From a cyanobacterium endosymbiont of Rhopalodia gibba (GTDB lineage: Bacteria > Cyanobacteriota > Cyanobacteriia > Cyanobacteriales > Microcystaceae), in the NCBI GenBank assembly GCA_045159875.1, contig CP067995.1, positions 1 to 64,000 of the forward strand: a stretch of 64,000 bases of DNA, given 5' to 3'. Positions 58,943 to 64,000 of the stretch are shown in pieces. The notes below the pieces were generated by a model. The model worked only from the letters and a program-made list of their open reading frames with translations, did not search any database and was not told the origin of the DNA. Made by a program: the position numbers and the translations under genes. The number at the start of each line of letters is the position of its first letter. The stretch's first letter is position 1.

Positions 58943-60187
58943 TTAATCAAGGCTATCTTTTAAATTAAAAAATAAAGTTGCTAAAATAGTATTAGAGAAT
59001 AGAAATCCTTCAGGATCAGTTAATTTTAACTTAGTATTTTCTGGTACTGTTTTGATATTGTTTAGTACTATTTTATTATCTTGATCGTCAATTAAACTAA
59101 TTAAATTCTGTTGGTAATAAGGAGACAGACAGGCTACTATTCTATTAGTTATTTCTTCCCCAAAATCTGCTTTTATTAAAGATAAATTTATACCTTCAGA
59201 TAACCTTAATTTTAGCATTAAACTTTCCAGTAGAATATCTCTATTAGATAATTTAGGACAATCAATAAAGCCGCCTGATTGTGACAACTGATTTACCCAT
59301 GAATAATAATATTTTCGTGTACGAGGACGAGTAAACCGTTGTTGATTTGTGTAACTTGCTGCTCCCATTCCAAAGCCATAGTAAGGCTTATTTTCCCAGT
59401 AAACGCGGTTATGACGACACTGGTAACCTAGCTTAGCATAATTAGAAATTTCATAATGTTGATATCCTGCTTCAGTCAATAATTGTTGACCAAGACGGTA
59501 CATTGTTGCAGTTGTCTCATCAGTAGGTAATGGACTTTTTCCAGGTTGATATCGTTTCCCAAAAACTGTAACAGGTTCAAGAACTAAATCATAACAAGAT
59601 AAATGGTATGGGTCAATTTTTATCGCAGTTTCTAAAGAAATTCGCCAATCTTCTAAAGTTTGATGAGGCAACCCTGATATTAGATCAAGGCTAAAATTTT
59701 TAAAGTTAACTTGATTAATCCAATCTACAGCTCTAAAAATATCATCAATTCGATGAGTTCTTCCAGAAATTTCTAATAAATTATCTTGAAAGCCTTGACA
59801 ACCCAAACTAATTCTATTGACCCCTACAATTTGATAATTTTGTAATTGTTTAAGACTAAAAGTTCCAGGATCTATCTCCAAAGAAATTTCTACATTAGAA
59901 ATAATACCTAAATGTTTATCTAAAGTTAATAAAATCTTTTCCAAATAAAATGGAGATAATAAAGATGGAGTTCCTCCTCCGAAAAAAACTGTTTCCAGAA
60001 GACTATTTTGAGATGGAGTAGCGGTAATTTCTCGACATAATACTTCCACGTATTCAGAAATAGAAGAAGATTTTTCAATATCGATTTTATTTCCTAACAC
60101 CGATATTGGAAAATCACAATAGTAGCAACGACAACGACAAAAAGGAATATGGATATAAGCTGCTTTAGGAAGATTACTTAATTTCAT
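58943..60187 (-). CDS. hemW: Radical SAM heme chaperone HemW (HemN-like)
   Basis: AYIHIPFC..RCYYCDF, FFGGGTPS, HLSCYDL..EP.T.F, HYEISNYA, CRHNRVYW, FGMGAAS. Confidence 0.92.
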   Translation of the reverse strand: MKLSNLPKAAYIHIPFCRCRCYYCDFPISVLGNKIDIEKSSSISEYVEVLCREITATPSQNSLLETVFFGGGTPSLLSPFYLEKILLTLDKHLGIISNVEISLEIDPGTFSLKQLQNYQIVGVNRISLGCQGFQDNLLEISGRTHRIDDIFRAVDWINQVNFKNFSLDLISGLPHQTLEDWRISLETAIKIDPYHLSCYDLVLEPVTVFGKRYQPGKSPLPTDETTATMYRLGQQLLTEAGYQHYEISNYAKLGYQCRHNRVYWENKPYYGFGMGAASYTNQQRFTRPRTRKYYYSWVNQLSQSGGFIDCPKLSNRDILLESLMLKLRLSEGINLSLIKADFGEEITNRIVACLSPYYQQNLISLIDDQDNKIVLNNIKTVPENTKLKLTDPEGFLFSNTILATLFFNLKDSLD

Positions 60188-60409
60188 TTGTTTAACTATT
60201 TAAAAGAGTCTGATGGAAAATTTTAGAGAAAACCTTTAATAATTTGGCTGATTTTTTTAGACTTATTAAGGTTAAAACTAAGAAGAATAAGTCCGAATGT
60301 GAGAAGATATAATGGATAGATTAGTCCAGTACCATACAAAATCAGGAAAATATCTTGATTTTTTTGCCTAAACTTCCTAAATATTGATGTAGGATAAGAC
60401 TTATTCTTC

Positions 60410-61503
60410 ATCTCATTATTATCCTCATCCTCATATTTATCCTAGTAGCCGCTGGAATCGGTTTTGATAGCATTGATTTGTTACCATATGTTGTTGTTCG
60501 AGAGCAAGTCTCTAACTTGGAAACCTTCCGCTGGTTAATAGTTGGTTTTACTTCAATTATTGGACTAGCCTCTGGCTTAGTCGCTCAAACCACATATCGT
60601 CGTTTAGAAAATAGAATTAGTAGTACCCCTATTGAAGTCATTTTGACACGGGCTGTGGAGCTAGTCATTGGGTTATTAATTGCTAACCTCTTGTTAGCCC
60701 CTATCTTTCTACTTCCTATTCCCAGACAATTGCTCTTCATCAAACCAATGGTTAGGATGTTAGGGAGTGTTGTCTTCTCTTCCATGCGTATTAGTTTAGC
60801 CGATACCCATGGACGCAGTTTCTCTTTCTACGACTGATTAACTCCAATAGCATTGAAACTATGTTAGTAGACGAAGGGACGTTCAAACCAACCTCTACTA
60901 AGGTTCTCGACACCAGTTATATCATTGACAGTCGTATCGAATAACTTCTCAAAACCGGATTTATTGAAGGACAGTTGCTAGTTCCCCGATTTGTTTTACA
61001 GGAATTACAACAACTAGCCGATGGCAGTAATGCTCAAAAAAGGGTTCGGGGACGGCGAGGGTTAGATATCCTCAACCGAATACAAGAGGCATTTTCTCAG
61101 CGGATTATTATTTATCTAGCAGATTATGAGGAGATTACTACCATTAATACTCAATTAGTCCGTCTAGTTCATAAAATTCAGGGAATATTGCTAACAAGTG
61201 ACTATAATCAAAGTAAAATAGCCAATTTACAAAAAATGGTTATTCCCAAACATTAATGATATTGCTCAAGCTATTCGCCCTATTTATCTTCCACGAGACA
61301 CCATCAAACTTAAGATACTTAAATAAGGAAAAGAACCTACTCCTTGAGTAGGATATAAGATATCTCGAAGATGGGATAATGGTAGTCGTAGAAGAAGGGA
61401 AGGAGTATGTAGGGGTGAAATACAAGTTATTGTAACTTTTGCGGCACAAACTTCTGCCGGACAGATAATTTTTGCTAAACCACCACCGGTGATAGCTTCA
61501 TAG
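60410..61503 (+). pseudogene. PIN/TRAM domain membrane protein (Ycf81/YacL-like) pseudogene
   Basis: AAGIGFDSIDLL, QTTYRRLE, ILTRAV.LVIGLL.ANL.LAP, LADTHGR, KVLDTS.IID.RI, VPRFVLQELQ.LAD....KR.RGRRGLDIL, YLEDG.MVVVEEG and QTSAG.IIFAKP. Frameshifts and stops. Confidence 0.92.
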
Positions 61504-61728
61504 ACATCCTAGACAAACAATATTCTCAGATAATCCCATGAATTCGCACGGTGGGGTTTTTCATTGATTATTTTTGAGCCATCAATTTGTAATAACATCG
61601 AACCGAACGTCTCTGAAAAAACTTCAGTTACCATTTTTAGTGGGCAACCTATTTACAAATAGGGTCTATTTTTCGTTCCCTTTCTGGGTTCACCATCGTG
61701 AATACACTCAATAAATTTCTGACGGCAC

Positions 61729-61764
61729 TATTATTTTACTTTATATCTATAAAGTAGAATAATA
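61729..61764. repeat. AT-rich inverted repeat (17-bp arms) between the convergent PIN/TRAM pseudogene and cnfR
   Basis: TATTATTTTACTTTATA-tc-TATAAAGTAGAATAATA. Confidence 0.7.
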
Positions 61765-61825
61765 AAACCAACACTTTCATTCTCTGGTAAAAACCATCTT
61801 ATATATCTGTTAATTGTTTAGAATT

Positions 61826-63427
61826 TTACCTTAATCCTAAAACGTTCTGTAGGATCGCTCTATCTTCAGGTTTTGCAGAAAACCGTCCCCTTTCTAAATC
61901 TCGAATCCAACTTTGACTTTTCCCCAATTTCTCTGCTAATGCCCTTTGACTCATTCCTTGACGCTGCCTGGCAGTTAAAATTTGTTCAGCCGTGAGATTA
62001 GATAATTTTTTAGAACGACTTTTCCTGTTGGTAAGTTGTTGTTTTTTACGCTCAAATTTAGCCAGTTGTTCTTCCCACTCCGGGGGTAATTCAAAGTTAC
62101 GAATGCGCGCTTTCATTAACTGATTCCATTTTCCACGACGACCGGCATCAGTAACGCGATTCTCTTGAGAACCGTCATTAATCCAAAAGTCTAAGGCTTC
62201 ATCAGCATCATCAGGTAAATCCGCCAATTTTACCCACATCGGTTGAATGGTTTCAGGATAGGAAACAGGATCAAAAACAGCTTTAATACCATAATGGTTA
62301 AGCACTTCGAGGTCACTTTCGAAAGAACGAATGAGTCGCTTTCGTTGTTCCCGTTGCAAGTTTGACTGGTTGATTTTTCCTTGACCATAAGCCACTCGCA
62401 TTAAGGTAGAAACTGTTAAACATTGTTTTCGGCCCATTTTACTTTTAAATAGTAACCACAACATAATCCGAACTGCTCCTTGATGTTGCTGCCAGATACT
62501 CATGACTGTCGTTAAAAGAAACTTAGGTAATGACCCATATTGATAAAAAGCAATCCGTCGCTTATAACCTTGTTTATTCAAAAAATACTTTGCCCACAGT
62601 CCTGGTTTTATGGCAAAAGTTAGTCCAATTAAATGTTGACATCCCGAGTCGTCTTGCTGAAAATGATGTTGAATATCTAAAATATGCCATAGGGGACTTT
62701 CAGGAACCGTAAATCCCTCAACTTTTCCTTGTTTTGGCCAATCAACTGTTACTCTAAGTTGGCTTGATTGTTGTACTAATGCTTTAATTAAAGATAGCTT
62801 TGTCGCTTTACTAAGATCTTTACGTTTATCTAAACCTAAATAATCTTCAATTTGTTGATCACTAATAATAAACTCTTGCTCCCAAGGTTTATCTAATGTA
62901 GTTGCATAAGCTGAAAAAATAAGATGTAAACTTGCCGAACGAATATCAATCGTTTTTAAGTTAGAAACATTAGATACATAGTTACACTCTTCAGAAGAAG
63001 CTGATTCTAAAGTATCATTTAATCGAAAAATCATTGTCCCACGACCTTGTTTAACCTCTCGTTGATAATATAGTGTTCCATGATCGTCTTTTTCCCAAGG
63101 TAAAACCGCCGCACTAGTTAACACATTGCATCCTTCCCAAATGACCATTGATGATGCAAACGGAGTATTATTTCCATTGACAAAAAGTTCATCAGAGGTT
63201 GCTATTCTCGAAACACTTTTATACCTACCTTTTTTTGCCTGAACAGGAAGAGGACTACTGATGGGACATTGGACAATACATTGAGGTTCTGAAAAATAGC
63301 CTTCACAATTGTTACATAGTCCCTGATCAATCAGATACTCTCCATCCTTGATTTGAATTGCCCCAGTAGGACATTTTATTTGACAGGGGGTACAGCTTGG
63401 ACAACTGTTGGCAATTGTATAGGACAT
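61826..63427 (-). CDS. cnfR: CnfR/PatB, master transcriptional activator of cyanobacterial nif genes
   Basis: N-terminal 2x[4Fe-4S] motifs (CPSCTPCQIKCPTGAI; CNNCEG....PQCIVQCP), central PatB motifs (YLGLDKRKDL, PGLWAKYFLN, WQQHQGAVR, FWINDG) and a C-terminal XRE-HTH (SQRALAEKLGKSQSWIRDLE.GR). Confidence 0.95.
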   Translation of the reverse strand: MSYTIANSCPSCTPCQIKCPTGAIQIKDGEYLIDQGLCNNCEGYFSEPQCIVQCPISSPLPVQAKKGRYKSVSRIATSDELFVNGNNTPFASSMVIWEGCNVLTSAAVLPWEKDDHGTLYYQREVKQGRGTMIFRLNDTLESASSEECNYVSNVSNLKTIDIRSASLHLIFSAYATTLDKPWEQEFIISDQQIEDYLGLDKRKDLSKATKLSLIKALVQQSSQLRVTVDWPKQGKVEGFTVPESPLWHILDIQHHFQQDDSGCQHLIGLTFAIKPGLWAKYFLNKQGYKRRIAFYQYGSLPKFLLTTVMSIWQQHQGAVRIMLWLLFKSKMGRKQCLTVSTLMRVAYGQGKINQSNLQREQRKRLIRSFESDLEVLNHYGIKAVFDPVSYPETIQPMWVKLADLPDDADEALDFWINDGSQENRVTDAGRRGKWNQLMKARIRNFELPPEWEEQLAKFERKKQQLTNRKSRSKKLSNLTAEQILTARQRQGMSQRALAEKLGKSQSWIRDLERGRFSAKPEDRAILQNVLGLR

Positions 63428-64000
63428 AGCACTTTCTGCAGAATTATAATTCGTGAAAAAATCAGCATCTTAAATCTAAGATGGGCTTGATACAACATAA
63501 ATTTTGCCTATCTAGTTTGATTAACAGACATATCAGATATCAATCAGAAAATCACCTTAAAATTTTATATTCGGAAGATTATTCCCTGATTCTAATAACC
63601 AGAAACCGACAAGCAAATTTATCAAAATTCAAAAAACTATAAAACGACCACCACAATCGCCGAGTATAGTCATCTTTAGATAATTAGTAAACAACATCAA
63701 CGAGCATAATTATCTGTTTTCATCAAAAATGTATGCCACCATGAAGGTTCACTTTCGTTACCCGTTTATGCTATACGATGAAACTACTCCTGTTCCTAAT
63801 GTTATTCACGAGATGATCCACATTCTGTTTACAATGAACATTGTATTATAATTTCCTATCCATAAATTATGTTTTAAATTTTCCTAAATTCATTGCCTAA
63901 GACTATTCTAAGTATGCAACTTTCTATGTTGTATATTAAATTGGTAGTAACAGCTATTCATTATTAAAAATAGGAAACCGCTATAAATAGCTATTCTAGA

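Noticed and set aside
60478..61449. PIN domain as a toxin of a toxin-antitoxin or defence system
   Set aside because: It is the conserved membrane PIN/TRAM protein and is pseudogenised. No antitoxin is adjacent.
63729..63851. 40-codon plus-strand ORF (MYATMKVHFRYPF...) upstream of cnfR
   Set aside because: No RBS or recognisable homology. It lies in the presumed cnfR promoter region and is probably a chance ORF.

Overview
This is a chromosomal segment of a unicellular, nitrogen-fixing cyanobacterium of the Cyanothece/Crocosphaera/Rippkaea type that is undergoing genome erosion. It most plausibly comes from a non-photosynthetic diatom endosymbiont (Rhopalodiaceae spheroid body/diazoplast); that assignment is inferred, not confirmed by any search. 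The window holds one rRNA operon (16S, tRNA-Ile, 23S, 5S), a tRNA-Met and about 30 intact genes, including cofG, hemA, purM, hrcA, glgP, a fused pabAB, pspA, vipp1, trx, glnB, labA, ftsH, ycf55, perR, nlpD, trmL, gshA, proB, alr, hemW and the nif activator cnfR/patB. By my hand sum, intact genes cover only about 58% of the window. The rest is AT-rich desert and pseudogenes (glpX FBPase/SBPase, Fed3-type ferredoxin, a PLP aminotransferase, comM, PIN/TRAM, YihY-like and others) plus dead IS elements (two ISL3, one IS200/IS605 tnpB). No CRISPR array, prophage or intact defence system is visible. The best leads are: (i) a fused ADC synthase next to a decayed, possibly LynF/PatF-like prenyltransferase gene; (ii) substitutions in the HrcA DNA-recognition helix; (iii) a perfect 50-bp palindrome with a slippage-expanded 12-bp tandem array; (iv) many unrelated long intergenic hairpins; (v) a tnpB right end sitting in the proB leader. 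All family assignments come from motif recognition by eye.
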